A DNA stretch of 64,000 nt from NCBI GenBank assembly GCA_965215365.1, contig CBDCDS010000003.1, positions 2,240,001 to 2,304,000 of the forward strand, written 5' to 3'. The DNA comes from Gammaproteobacteria bacterium (lineage in GTDB: Bacteria; Pseudomonadota; Gammaproteobacteria; Eutrophobiales; Eutrophobiaceae). Both the position numbers and the translations under genes were made by a program. The notes below the pieces were generated by a model that ran no database searches, was not told where the DNA came from, and was given only the letters and a program-made list of their open reading frames with translations. Below are positions 18,645-28,385 of the stretch, in pieces (position 1 is the stretch's first letter; each line of letters begins with the position of its first letter).

Positions 18645-18830
18645 CCACGGAGGGCATTTTTGCTATGTAAATTTACTGCCCCTGCCTATTCACGTCCCTG
18701 TGGCTGGATACCGGCCAACCCCTGGCCGGGGAGCCGGCCCCGGCATGTCGTCAGCCGGGGACGAACAACGGGCTTTACATACCGGCGGGGTGTGCAGGGC
18801 ACTGAGCACGAGGGTTTAGAGGTGGCCTTA
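18645..18830. mobile_element. MITE A copy with an internal GC-rich palindromic insert
   Basis: CCACGGAGGGCATTTTTGCTATGTAAATTT...GGGTTTAGAGGTGGCCTTA; insert shares CCCCGGCATGYCGTCAGCCG.GGACGAA with 17228-17255. Confidence 0.75.
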
Positions 18831-19442
18831 TGCACACGCGTGCGCCTCTTTCATCAACTCTGCCAGCTGGCGCAGTGCCTGCCCCCTGTGGCTGATGGAA
18901 TGCTTTACCGTTGGTGCCAGCTGAGCCGAGGTGCACCCCTGCTCCGGCACGTAAAACACCGGGTCATACCCGAACCCGTTGGCGCCGACCGGCGCAGCCG
19001 TGATATACCCTTCCCAAACTCCGTGCGCAAGTAGCGGTTCAGGGTCATGGGCCTCACGCACATAAGCGATGACACAGCGAAATCTGGCCGGCGGCTGGCG
19101 CACGCCGGTCGCGGCAATATTACGCAACAGCAGTTCCAGGTTAGCTGCGTCCGAGGCACCCACGCCGGCGTAGCGCGCCGAATAAATGCCGGGGGCACCG
19201 CCTAGCGCGTCCACTTCGATGCCGGAATCATCGGCAATGACCGGGCGCTGTGCATGAGCTGCGCCGTGACGCGCCTTCAACAATGCGTTTTCCACAAAGC
19301 TGGCGCCGGTTTCCGCCACGGGCGGTACGGCAAACACCGACTGCGGCAACACCTGCACGTCATAGGCGGCGAACATCCGGGAAAATTCCTGCAGCTTGCC
19401 CGGATTGGCGCTGGCTACCACAATTTCCTTATTGCTCAGCAA
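18828..19442 (-). CDS. rdgB: dITP/XTP pyrophosphatase
   Basis: [41 protein letters not shown]; start uncertain (TTG 19442). Confidence 0.95.
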   Translation of the reverse strand: MLSNKEIVVASANPGKLQEFSRMFAAYDVQVLPQSVFAVPPVAETGASFVENALLKARHGAAHAQRPVIADDSGIEVDALGGAPGIYSARYAGVGASDAANLELLLRNIAATGVRQPPARFRCVIAYVREAHDPEPLLAHGVWEGYITAAPVGANGFGYDPVFYVPEQGCTSAQLAPTVKHSISHRGQALRQLAELMKEAHACA

Positions 19443-20148
19443 GCGCAGCTGCCTGCAAGGACAACAATCTGTCAATGCCGTGCCGGGCCAGCGCCAGCAT
19501 TTGCTCCAGTTCCGCGAACGTGAACGGACGGCGCTCGGCGGTGCCCTGTACCTCGATCAGCTCGCCTTGGCCATTCATCACCACGTTCATGTCGGTCTGT
19601 GCGCCGGAATCCTCCAGATAATCCAGGTCCAATATCGGGGTGCCGGCAACGATACCGACGGAAACCGAAGCCAGTGCGGCCCGCACCGGGTCGGTCTTGA
19701 TTTTCCCTTGCGCCAGCAGCTGACGCACGGCGTCCACCAGCGCCACGTAAGCGCCGGTGATGGCGGCGGTGCGAGTGCCGCCATCGGCCTGCAGCACGTC
19801 ACAGTCAAGGATAATCGTATTCTCGCCCAGGGCAGTCAAATCCACGACTGCCCGCAGGCTGCGTCCAATCAATCTCTGTATCTCCAGAGTACGCCCGCCC
19901 GGCCTGTTCTGGCCCGCTTCGCGCCGCATGCGTTTATCCGTGGAGCGGGGCAACATACCGTATTCAGCCGTCACCCAACCTTTCCCTCCGCCTCGCAGGA
20001 AATGCGGCACGGTATCGTCAAAACTGGCATTGCACAGCACCCGGGTACGGCCAAACTCGACCAGCACCGAGCCTTCCGCATGGCAGGTATAAGCCCTGCT
20101 CAGGCACACTTCTCTCAGTTCATCACAGGCGCGTCCACTGGGGCGCAT
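19429..20148 (-). CDS. rph: Ribonuclease PH
   Basis: [40 protein letters not shown]; GGAGGAG RBS. Confidence 0.97.
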   Translation of the reverse strand: MRPSGRACDELREVCLSRAYTCHAEGSVLVEFGRTRVLCNASFDDTVPHFLRGGGKGWVTAEYGMLPRSTDKRMRREAGQNRPGGRTLEIQRLIGRSLRAVVDLTALGENTIILDCDVLQADGGTRTAAITGAYVALVDAVRQLLAQGKIKTDPVRAALASVSVGIVAGTPILDLDYLEDSGAQTDMNVVMNGQGELIEVQGTAERRPFTFAELEQMLALARHGIDRLLSLQAAALAEQ

Positions 20149-20278
20149 GATTCTCCTCCGCAATCGGGTCCGGATAACCATTATAGCCTGTTCGCTGCCG
20201 CTATTGCGACGAATGACGAATTCCATTCGGACATGGTATGATGGCGCTTCCTGAAGTCGCTACAGGAGGAGAATTGAA

Positions 20279-21136
20279 ATGGTTTCCAGCATGACCGCGT
20301 TTGCCAGAGTTGAGGAGTCCGAGGAATGGGGCTATGCAGTATGGGAAATTCGCACCGTTAATCACCGCTACCTCGATATTTCGCTACGGTTGCCCGAGCA
20401 ACTGCGGGCGCTGGAAGGCGGCGTCAGGGAACGTATTGCCGGCAGTCTCAAACGCGGCAAGGTGGAATGCAGCCTGCGCTACGATGCCGAAGCCGCACTG
20501 GAAGAGCTTACCATCAACAGCAGACTCGCTGCAAGGCTCATTGCGGCCGCGTACAAGCTGCCGCTGACCAGCCCCGCCCCTGTCAACCCCATCGAGGTGC
20601 TACGTTGGCCCGGCGTGATTGAGAGGAACACACCCGACCTGGAGCAGACCCGCGCGCGCCTGTTCAAGCTGTTGGACCGGGCCTTACAAGAGCTGCTCGA
20701 CAACCGCCGCCGGGAAGGAGAAAAAACCGCGCGCATGATCGAAGAACGCTGTGAACTTGCCCTGCAACAAGTAGGCAAGCTGCGTACTGGCGTGCCGGAA
20801 ATTATCAGCGCACTCAGCGCGCGCTATCTGGCCCGGGCGCGAGAACTGGACCTGGAAGCCGAGCGCGGACGCCTGGAACAGGAGGTCGCTCTGATCGCGC
20901 AAAAACTGGATGTGGACGAAGAACTGGACCGGCTGGAAACCCATATCCTCGAAGTACAGCGCGTCCTGACCGAGAGCAACCCCATCGGCCGCCGCCTGGA
21001 TTTCCTCATGCAGGAAATGAACCGCGAAGCCAACACCCTGGGCTCAAAATCCGCCCACATCGACACCAGCAACGCCTCCATAGAACTCAAGGTATTGATC
21101 GAACAGATGCGCGAACAGGTGCAAAATATCGAGTGA
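20279..21136 (+). CDS. yicC: YicC/YloC family endoribonuclease
   Basis: SMTAFAR, VNHRYLD, GRRLDFLMQEMNREANTLGSKS, REQVQNIE; divergent from rph. Confidence 0.96.
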   Translation: MVSSMTAFARVEESEEWGYAVWEIRTVNHRYLDISLRLPEQLRALEGGVRERIAGSLKRGKVECSLRYDAEAALEELTINSRLAARLIAAAYKLPLTSPAPVNPIEVLRWPGVIERNTPDLEQTRARLFKLLDRALQELLDNRRREGEKTARMIEERCELALQQVGKLRTGVPEIISALSARYLARARELDLEAERGRLEQEVALIAQKLDVDEELDRLETHILEVQRVLTESNPIGRRLDFLMQEMNREANTLGSKSAHIDTSNASIELKVLIEQMREQVQNIE

Positions 21137-21141
21137 AATGG

Positions 21142-22290
21142 TTACCCTGAACCCTGCAGTCGCGCTAACTCCTTGACCGTGCATACGGTATAGATGATGT
21201 TGTTGCGGCGCACCCGATAAGCGTTTTTCGGGTGGGGTGAGACGACATAGTTTTCGCCTTGGGGGTACCTAGAGCGGAATTTTTCAACGCCGACGGTATT
21301 GAACCGGTCAGGGTTGATCTTGCATTCAATGGTGTCTATCCGGTCACGAGCGTGCCGCACTACAAAATCCACCTCGCGGCGCGATCTATCCTGCCAGTAG
21401 AATATGTCTTTATCAGCGTGTTGGCAGCGCAGGGCATCCAGCGCCAGGTGTTCCCACAGCAGGCCGCGATCATCCTCTCTGAGGTTGTCCCAGCCCTTTT
21501 CAAAGGTAACAAACCCGGTATCGAAAGCATAACACTTGGGACGGCTGACCACCTCGCGTTTGCCACCACCATGAAACGGCGGCAACAAGAACACCGCATG
21601 GGCAACCTGCAAGGCGTCGAGGTGTGACTTGACCGTAGGGCGACTTTGCTCACTCAGGCTAGACAGGCGACTGTAGTCCAGCTGCCCTCCGCTCTGGCGT
21701 AGCAGGAGCCTGAACAGAGACAGGAAACCCTGACGATTGCGAATCCCGAACAGTTCCAGGATGTCCCGGGCATAGAAGCTGTCAAGCCACTCATTGAAGA
21801 AGGCAGGGTCTTTGCCGGCTGCCAGCAATGCTTCGGGCAAACCGCCGGACAGCAAACGCCGGTCCAGGTCGCGCACAGCGAAGGCATCTGTGCACTCTTC
21901 CCACAGTACCGGGCAAAGATGGACAGCCTGTTTGCGCCCGGTGAGCGAGTCGCGGAACTTGCGGGTTGCCGCCAGGGTGGATGAACCCGTGGCCAGTATG
22001 CGCAACTGCGGATATTCATCGGCAGCGATCTTCAGCAACCGACTCGGGTCGTCAAGCCGGTGCACCTCATCAAAAATCAATACCCGACCGGGCGCCTGAC
22101 CATCAAGAAACAACTCCGGCTCTTCCAGGCTCCGCTGCACGGAAGGCAGGTCACAATTCAGGTAAACTGCATCAGGCAACATCCTCGCAAGCGTCGTCTT
22201 GCCCGCCCGGCGCACACCGGACAACCATACAATAGAACGACGCGACCACCCGTTCTCAAGCTGTTTTAACCATAAGTCTCGCTTAATCAT
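21142..22290 (-). CDS. AAA+ ATPase with DUF4143, paralog 3
   Basis: GVRRAGKT, IFDEVH, ATGSS, SLTGRK, GGLPE, EVDFV..IECK. Confidence 0.92.
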   Translation of the reverse strand: MIKRDLWLKQLENGWSRRSIVWLSGVRRAGKTTLARMLPDAVYLNCDLPSVQRSLEEPELFLDGQAPGRVLIFDEVHRLDDPSRLLKIAADEYPQLRILATGSSTLAATRKFRDSLTGRKQAVHLCPVLWEECTDAFAVRDLDRRLLSGGLPEALLAAGKDPAFFNEWLDSFYARDILELFGIRNRQGFLSLFRLLLRQSGGQLDYSRLSSLSEQSRPTVKSHLDALQVAHAVFLLPPFHGGGKREVVSRPKCYAFDTGFVTFEKGWDNLREDDRGLLWEHLALDALRCQHADKDIFYWQDRSRREVDFVVRHARDRIDTIECKINPDRFNTVGVEKFRSRYPQGENYVVSPHPKNAYRVRRNNIIYTVCTVKELARLQGSG

Positions 22291-22294
22291 AACC

Positions 22295-22328
22295 CTATTT
22301 TACATTTATCCGTATAAATGTAAAATAG
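22295..22328. promoter_or_regulatory. Perfect 15-bp inverted repeat immediately upstream of paralog 3
   Basis: CTATTTTACATTTAT-CCGT-ATAAATGTAAAATAG. Confidence 0.7.
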
Positions 22329-22439
22329 AGATCAATAAAAACTGCTATAGATCGAATTGCGAATTTCCATTATACGTCAACTATGGTTTACATTTTATGG
22401 TTTGTTAATTCCCTCTTCGAGGCTTTCGTTGAATTATTT

Positions 22440-22970
22440 TCAGCGGCGCCCCGCTATATGACCTGCCTCTCCCAACAAATCCTCCAACCGAAACGCGGCT
22501 ATTCGAAATACCTGGCCCAGACATTCGTTGAATTCATCTTCCGGGGCGTTGTCCAGACGGGCATGGAAGTTTTCCATGATTTTGTCCGGGGTCAGTCCTT
22601 TCACTGCCAGGATGAAGGGAAAGCCGAATTTCTGCCGGTAGCGTCGGTTCAGGTCGGCCAGTAGCGCCACTTGGGCGTCGTGTTCCCGTTGCAGGCCGGC
22701 GCCGGCTTGCTCAGCGGCGGAGTAGCCGGTTAAGGGTTGTTTGGCGCCGAGCTCCGGGTGTGTTTGCAGCAGCTTGAGCTGCGTGTCCCGGTCGGCGTTC
22801 CGGACCGCATTAAAAAGGGTTTCAATCAGGGTTTGGGTGCTGTCAAACGGCGCGCATTGCCAGGCTGCCTGGGCTACCCAGGGCGAGTCTTCAAACACGC
22901 CAGCGAATACTTCTATAAACGCACGCTGGCTCATCTCATTGATTTCATTCAGATTATATTCACGATTCAT
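22440..22970 (-). CDS. uraD: OHCU decarboxylase
   Basis: VFEDSPWVA, HPELG, SAAEQAGAGL, YRQKFGFPFILAVKG. Confidence 0.92.
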   Translation of the reverse strand: MNREYNLNEINEMSQRAFIEVFAGVFEDSPWVAQAAWQCAPFDSTQTLIETLFNAVRNADRDTQLKLLQTHPELGAKQPLTGYSAAEQAGAGLQREHDAQVALLADLNRRYRQKFGFPFILAVKGLTPDKIMENFHARLDNAPEDEFNECLGQVFRIAAFRLEDLLGEAGHIAGRR

Positions 22971-24115
22971 AATATTGCCGAGTTATCCCGGCGCCATAAC
23001 AGCCGGCTTGTGGCGAACAGGACGAACAGCAGGCTGACTGCAATGAATACCAACGGGAAACCGCCGGGGTCGCGGACATCCATGGCCACGCCAGTGAGTG
23101 GCGGCCACACCAGACTGCCGACGCCCCACAGCATACCGAGTGAAACATTGGCCGTGACCAGGTCCCTGCCACGGAAATGCTGGCCGATCAGGGTCAGCAC
23201 CGCGGTGTAGATGCCGGCAAACGCGCCACCCCAGCCAAACAGCAACAGGTAGAGGAAGATACCGGCATTCATGGCATAAGGCAGCAGGATGGCACCGGCC
23301 AGACTGCCCAGGCCGCAGCACACCAGCACCCCATAGCGATTAAAGCGATCCGCCAGCCAGCCCATGGGGTAAGACAGCGCCACACCGCCCAGACCGACAA
23401 CCGTCAGCATGACTGCGGCGCCGGCTTCGCTCATACCACTGCGGATGCCATATACCGGCAACAATGAATTACCCGCTGTTTCCTTGGCGGAGAACAACAG
23501 CACCGCAACCACCAGCGTCGGCGCCACCCATACGAAACTGAGAATATTAAAAGAGGGCTCATCCTGGGTGGATAAACGGTGCGCGCCGGTCCACAACAAC
23601 GGCAACGCGGCCAGGGCGACGGCACCAGCCCCTATCAGGAACGGCGTCCAGCCCTGTATGCCCACCGCCGGTATCACTAGTGGCCCCAAGGCAATGGTGG
23701 CCGCAAGCAGGCCGTTATACAGACCCATCAATCGCCCCCGGTTGGCATCGGTGACAATTTCGTTGATCCAGGTCTCGCTGGTCACCAGCAAGCAGTTAGT
23801 CATGGCGCCCAGGGAGATACCTAGGGCGAACCAGACATACAGGTGATCGAAACGCGGAAATTGCAATAACGTTACCAGGTCCAGTGCCAGTGCCAGTAAC
23901 AGGAAACGCTGCATACCCAGTTTTTCAACCAGTACCGGAATGAACGGGGTGGACAGGAAGATGCCGATAGCGGGCATGGCGGCATTGAGTCCGATGAGGC
24001 TGCGCTCAATAGCGCGCGCTTCCAGCAACAACGCCAGCAACGGCCGGCTCAGGCCTAGGGTGAAGCCGTACATGGCCACGCAGGCGAAGATCGCACACAG
24101 TGCCCTAGCCCGCAT
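22967..24115 (-). CDS. MFS transporter
   Basis: About 12 hydrophobic segments, GWLADRFNR motif. Confidence 0.88.
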   Translation of the reverse strand: MRARALCAIFACVAMYGFTLGLSRPLLALLLEARAIERSLIGLNAAMPAIGIFLSTPFIPVLVEKLGMQRFLLLALALDLVTLLQFPRFDHLYVWFALGISLGAMTNCLLVTSETWINEIVTDANRGRLMGLYNGLLAATIALGPLVIPAVGIQGWTPFLIGAGAVALAALPLLWTGAHRLSTQDEPSFNILSFVWVAPTLVVAVLLFSAKETAGNSLLPVYGIRSGMSEAGAAVMLTVVGLGGVALSYPMGWLADRFNRYGVLVCCGLGSLAGAILLPYAMNAGIFLYLLLFGWGGAFAGIYTAVLTLIGQHFRGRDLVTANVSLGMLWGVGSLVWPPLTGVAMDVRDPGGFPLVFIAVSLLFVLFATSRLLWRRDNSAIL

Positions 24116-24198
24116 ATCTCACCAAGTCGCTTGTTGCCTTATGAAACATGTTTGCTATCAATAAGTTATAGTAACCTCTAATTTAGAGGTGACCTTTA
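24105..24198. mobile_element. Hybrid MITE (B-type left end, A-type right end)
   Basis: CTAGCCCGCATATCTCACCAAGTCGCTTGTTGCCTT...TTTAGAGGTGACCTTTA; similar to the 43347 and 46257 elements. Confidence 0.75.
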
Positions 24199-25097
24199 TG
24201 CAGGTCATGCCAATGTCTGGCTATTTCCACCCGGCGGCAGAGCCAGACTCCTTCGTGTTGCTGCACGTAATCCAAAAAACGCGCCAGCGCCGCGGCCCGC
24301 CCCGGCCTGCCGACGATGCGGCAATGCAGCCCGACCGACATCATTTTCGGCGCAGTCTCTCCTTCCCGGTAGAGCAGGTCGAACGTATCCTTGAGGTAGC
24401 TGAAAAACTGCTCGCCGCTGTTAAAGCCCTGGTGGGTGGCAAAACGCATGTCGTTGACGTCCAGGGTGTAAGGGATTACCAGATGCGCACGGTTGTTCAC
24501 TCTCTCCCAATAGGGCAAATCGTCCGCATAGGAATCTGCGTCATACAAAAAGCCACCATGTTCGACGACCAGACGCCGGGTCTGGGGGCTGTCGCGCCCG
24601 GTGTACCAGCCCAGCGGCGGGCTACCGGTCAGTGCGGTCAGGGTCTGCACGGCCAGACTGATATGTTCACGCTCGGTCGCCTCGTCCACACACTGGTAAT
24701 TGATCCAGCGCCAACCGTGGCCGGCGATCTCATGGCCGTCCTTGAGCATAGCCTGGAGCGCCTCAGGATGGCGCTGCAAGGCCATCGCCACCCCGAACAC
24801 GGTGACCTTGATAGCACGCTCGCGAAAAATGCGTAACAGGCGCCAGACACCGGCGCGGCTGCCGTACTCATACAGGGATTCCATGCTCTTATGACGCATG
24901 CCGGCAAACGCTTCGGCACCGATGAGCTCGGATAAAAAGGTCTCGGATGCCGCATCGCCGTGCAACACGGAGTTTTCTGCGCCTTCCTCGTAATTAAGTA
25001 CAATCTGCAACGCCAGACGCGCGCCGCCGGGCCAGCGCGGGTCCGGCGGGCGGGCACCGTAGCCGATCAAATCACGGGGATAATCTGCTTCGCTCAT
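24183..25097 (-). CDS. puuE: Allantoinase PuuE (polysaccharide deacetylase fold)
   Basis: YPRDLIGYG, NYEEGAE, YEYGSRAGVWRL, GWYTGRDSP, SVGLHCRIVGRPGR. Confidence 0.95.
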   Translation of the reverse strand: MSEADYPRDLIGYGARPPDPRWPGGARLALQIVLNYEEGAENSVLHGDAASETFLSELIGAEAFAGMRHKSMESLYEYGSRAGVWRLLRIFRERAIKVTVFGVAMALQRHPEALQAMLKDGHEIAGHGWRWINYQCVDEATEREHISLAVQTLTALTGSPPLGWYTGRDSPQTRRLVVEHGGFLYDADSYADDLPYWERVNNRAHLVIPYTLDVNDMRFATHQGFNSGEQFFSYLKDTFDLLYREGETAPKMMSVGLHCRIVGRPGRAAALARFLDYVQQHEGVWLCRRVEIARHWHDLHKGHL

Positions 25098-25192
25098 AAC
25101 GGGCTAATCGTACAGGTGATAGATGCAAAAAACCATTATAATGGCCCCAATAATGACCCCGGCCACCACCATTTCAGAGACACATAGTATAA

Positions 25193-26251
25193 ATGAGCAA
25201 AAATTTACAACTGCCAGAGCTAATGCGCGAGTTTGTTGACCTCGCGGATGAGCGCATGGGCAGCAAGGTGATTTATTGCACGGATGAGTTCTTTGCTGCT
25301 GTGGAAAACCTGCTGAAACCCAAGCAACCGGTCAGTATTCCCGATAAATTTACCGCTCGGGGCAAGTGGATGGACGGCTGGGAGTCCCGCCGCCGGCGTG
25401 GCGGGGGGCATGATTACTGTATCGTACAGTTTGGCATTTCCGGCATCATCAAGGCGGTGGATGTGGACACCCGGCATTTCACCGGGAATTACCCGGGCCG
25501 GGTCGCGCTGGAGGTCTGTAATTCCATCACGCCGCCGGACACGACCACGCACTGGACGACGCTGATACCCGCAACCCACCTGCAAGGCGATGCCCACAAC
25601 CTGTTTGCTGTCGATGATGCTGATATCCGGACCCACGCCCGTCTGAATATTTACCCGGACGGAGGCGTGGCGCGCCTGCGCATCTACGGCAACGCCTACC
25701 GTGACTGGTCGGGTATTGACAACAAGCAGTTTCTCGACCTGGTCGGTGTGGAAAACGGCGGCCGCACACTGGCCTGTAATGATGAACATTTTGGCAATAT
25801 GGGCAATATCATCATGCCCGGACGCGCCCTCAATATGGGCGACGGCTGGGAAACCCGCAGACGTCGGGATGGCGGCCATGACTGGCTTATCCTGCAACTC
25901 GGCCACGCTGGCATTATTGACACCGTGAACGTGGATACCGCTTTTTTCCGGGGCAATTATCCGGACCGCGTGAGTCTGGACGCCTTGTACCGGCCCGGGT
26001 TCGGCAAGGATACGCCGCCCCTGGAAGGTCCTGCCCGAGATGACGCGCCGGGGCGGAACCCGGATGCCTTGCTCAACCACGGCGCCACCTGGCAGCCGCT
26101 GTTGACAGAACAAAAACTGCGACCGGACCGGGAACATCTTTTCAAAAAAGAGCTGCAAGACGTGGGGCCGGTCAGCCATATCAGGGTGAACATCCACCCC
26201 GACGGTGGCCTCAGCCGGTTGCGCGCCTATGGCTATAAATACACAGAGTAA
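25193..26251 (+). CDS. alc: Allantoicase
   Basis: Duplicated domain with WMDGWESRRRR/GDGWETRRRR and YPDGGVARLR/HPDGGLSRLR. Confidence 0.95.
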   Translation: MSKNLQLPELMREFVDLADERMGSKVIYCTDEFFAAVENLLKPKQPVSIPDKFTARGKWMDGWESRRRRGGGHDYCIVQFGISGIIKAVDVDTRHFTGNYPGRVALEVCNSITPPDTTTHWTTLIPATHLQGDAHNLFAVDDADIRTHARLNIYPDGGVARLRIYGNAYRDWSGIDNKQFLDLVGVENGGRTLACNDEHFGNMGNIIMPGRALNMGDGWETRRRRDGGHDWLILQLGHAGIIDTVNVDTAFFRGNYPDRVSLDALYRPGFGKDTPPLEGPARDDAPGRNPDALLNHGATWQPLLTEQKLRPDREHLFKKELQDVGPVSHIRVNIHPDGGLSRLRAYGYKYTE

Positions 26252-26351
26252 ATTCCAGATTTCTAACTACCTGCTCGCCCTGACAAACCGTTACTCTACT
26301 CCTCTCGAACGAGCCTGAGTGAGTCCGCATACCTATTACACAACTAAGCAC

Positions 26352-26909
26352 ATGGAAAAATTTTACATTCACTCCCAGCAATTACTGGAAGACTCATTCC
26401 GACTGGCCGCAGATATTTATGCCAGTGGCTTTCGCCCTCATTTTATTGTCGGGATCTGGCGCGGCGGCTCTCCGGTCGGTATCGCAGTGCAGGAATACTT
26501 CGAGTTCAGGGAGGTGCAGACCGATCACATTGCCATCCGCACCTCCTCATACACCGGCATTGGCGAGCAGTCGAAAATCATCCGGGTACACGGCCTGCAT
26601 TACATCATCGAGAACGTCAATGCGGAGGATTCCCTGCTCATCGTCGATGACGTATTCGATTCCGGCAGGAGCATCCGCGCGGTGCTCGATGAGTTAGCGG
26701 AGAAGACCCGGCGCAATATGCCGACCGATCTGAAAATTGCCTGCCCCTGGTACAAGCCTGACAGCAACAAAACCGACATCGTGCCGGACTATTACATCCA
26801 TGAAACCGACCAATGGCTGGTCTTCCCGCACGAACTCGCTGGCCTGACGATTGCGGAGATCAAGGCGGGAAAAGAGGACTTGAGAAAGATCTGTGATTTG
26901 CTAAAATAA
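26352..26909 (+). CDS. Purine phosphoribosyltransferase family protein
   Basis: GIWRGG and LLIVDDVFDSGRS PRPP-binding motif; WLVFPHE. Confidence 0.88.
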   Translation: MEKFYIHSQQLLEDSFRLAADIYASGFRPHFIVGIWRGGSPVGIAVQEYFEFREVQTDHIAIRTSSYTGIGEQSKIIRVHGLHYIIENVNAEDSLLIVDDVFDSGRSIRAVLDELAEKTRRNMPTDLKIACPWYKPDSNKTDIVPDYYIHETDQWLVFPHELAGLTIAEIKAGKEDLRKICDLLK

Positions 26910-28109
26910 GGGCGGGCGGTGCAGTAGATTCCCCTTACTGTGATCCGAGCCGATAAACTTCCCCTCAGCAACCATCCTCAGCGCAGTGGTATAAGGCAGC
27001 ACTGCCACTTGTCCGTACTGCTGCGCCCGTTCCCCCAGGTAAATCCCAAAGGCCTGTTGTATCTCTCCTGCCTGCAACAACGTGTTCAAGCCCTTGTTGA
27101 ACTGTTTGCGCCACACCGTCGATGATTTGATCTCAAAGCCGAGCGCCTGCCGACCCCGTTTCCATATCAGGTCCACCTCCGTGCCGGATGGAGTGCGCCA
27201 GTAATACAACTGTCCACCTAGGGAACGCCAGGAGTTGAGTGCTCTGAATTCATTAAGGATGAACGTCTCAAACAAAGTTCCCAGTTCCAATGCGGACGGC
27301 TGGTCCCGGTGCAAACCTGCCAGCGCCCGCTGCACGCCGCAATCAAACAGGTAGAACTTGACGTGCGCAACCTCTTTTACTTTAACCTTGTTACGGTAGG
27401 CCGGCAAGAACCAGCCCAGCATGGTGTCCTCTAGGATACTGAAATAACCCTGTACCGTGGACCTGGCAACGCCTGTTTCCCTAGCGATATTGCTGATATT
27501 CAGTAGCTGTCCGTTGACCAGTGCAGCAACGCTCAAGAAGCGGTAAAAACTGTCCAGGTTCCGGGTCAGGGCTTCCTGTTGGATCTCCTCCTTGAGATAA
27601 GTCTCCACGTATGCATCCAGAAAATCGATTTTCCCCGGCTCCCCTGTGGCAGTGACACTCATCGGCAACTGCCCGTAGCGCAGGGCATCCGGCAGATTGA
27701 AGTCCGCGCCAGTCTCCAACATACTCAAGGGAAACATCTTTCTGGAAAGCGCCCGTCCGGCCAGCATATTGGCATTTGAACGTTTGAGCTTTCTGGCACT
27801 TGAACCGGACAGGGCAAACCGGTAGTGGTGGTCGCTTGCAAATAATAGCGCATGGACATCATCCAGCAGCTCTGGCACTTTCTGTACCTCATCAATAATG
27901 ATCCAGGCATTACGGTCGCGCAAGGCCGCAACTTCCCGCGCCAGCAGGCCGGGCTCGCGCTTGTAGCGCAGGTATTCACCCGACTTCAGCAAGTCTATAG
28001 TTAACGACGCGTGCTGCAGGACTTGCTGCAACCACACGGATTTACCTGTCCCTCGTGGCCCAAACAGGAAGAAACTTTTATCAGGCAGTGTTAATAAGCG
28101 AGAATACAT
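26901..28109 (-). CDS. AAA+ ATPase with DUF4143, paralog 4
   Basis: GPRGTGKS, IIDEVQK, LSGSSARKL, MLAGRA, KFYLFDCG, EVDLI..GFEIK. Confidence 0.92.
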   Translation of the reverse strand: MYSRLLTLPDKSFFLFGPRGTGKSVWLQQVLQHASLTIDLLKSGEYLRYKREPGLLAREVAALRDRNAWIIIDEVQKVPELLDDVHALLFASDHHYRFALSGSSARKLKRSNANMLAGRALSRKMFPLSMLETGADFNLPDALRYGQLPMSVTATGEPGKIDFLDAYVETYLKEEIQQEALTRNLDSFYRFLSVAALVNGQLLNISNIARETGVARSTVQGYFSILEDTMLGWFLPAYRNKVKVKEVAHVKFYLFDCGVQRALAGLHRDQPSALELGTLFETFILNEFRALNSWRSLGGQLYYWRTPSGTEVDLIWKRGRQALGFEIKSSTVWRKQFNKGLNTLLQAGEIQQAFGIYLGERAQQYGQVAVLPYTTALRMVAEGKFIGSDHSKGNLLHRPPLF

Positions 28110-28157
28110 GTTGATAGTTCCGTTAAATTTACAGCAAAAATAACGGAACCATCAACA
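28109..28157. promoter_or_regulatory. 17-bp inverted repeat (1 mismatch) spanning the promoter and start of paralog 4
   Basis: TGTTGATAGTTCCGTTA-N15-TAACGGAACCATCAACA; minus-strand TTGACT-N17-TATTTT overlaps it. Confidence 0.65.
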
Positions 28158-28197
28158 AAAGTCAAAGGGAATGCTGTGCAATACCGGATGTCACTGG

Positions 28198-28216
28198 CTA
28201 ACCCGCATATCTCACC
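28198..28216 (+). repeat. MITE B end motif
   Basis: CTAACCCGCATATCTCACC. Confidence 0.8.
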
Positions 28217-28385
28217 AAGTGCCCTGATGCCTCTACTGCAACACTTACAATTCTACCACCGATTTACATTGACAAATCCGCACAGCGATTCGATGATGGT
28301 ACCAACATGACAGAGCAAGAGATATGCCCACCGTTGCCCGCATGCAAAAATTGAACCCCGATGTTGTTCACGTAGCAAACCGACC

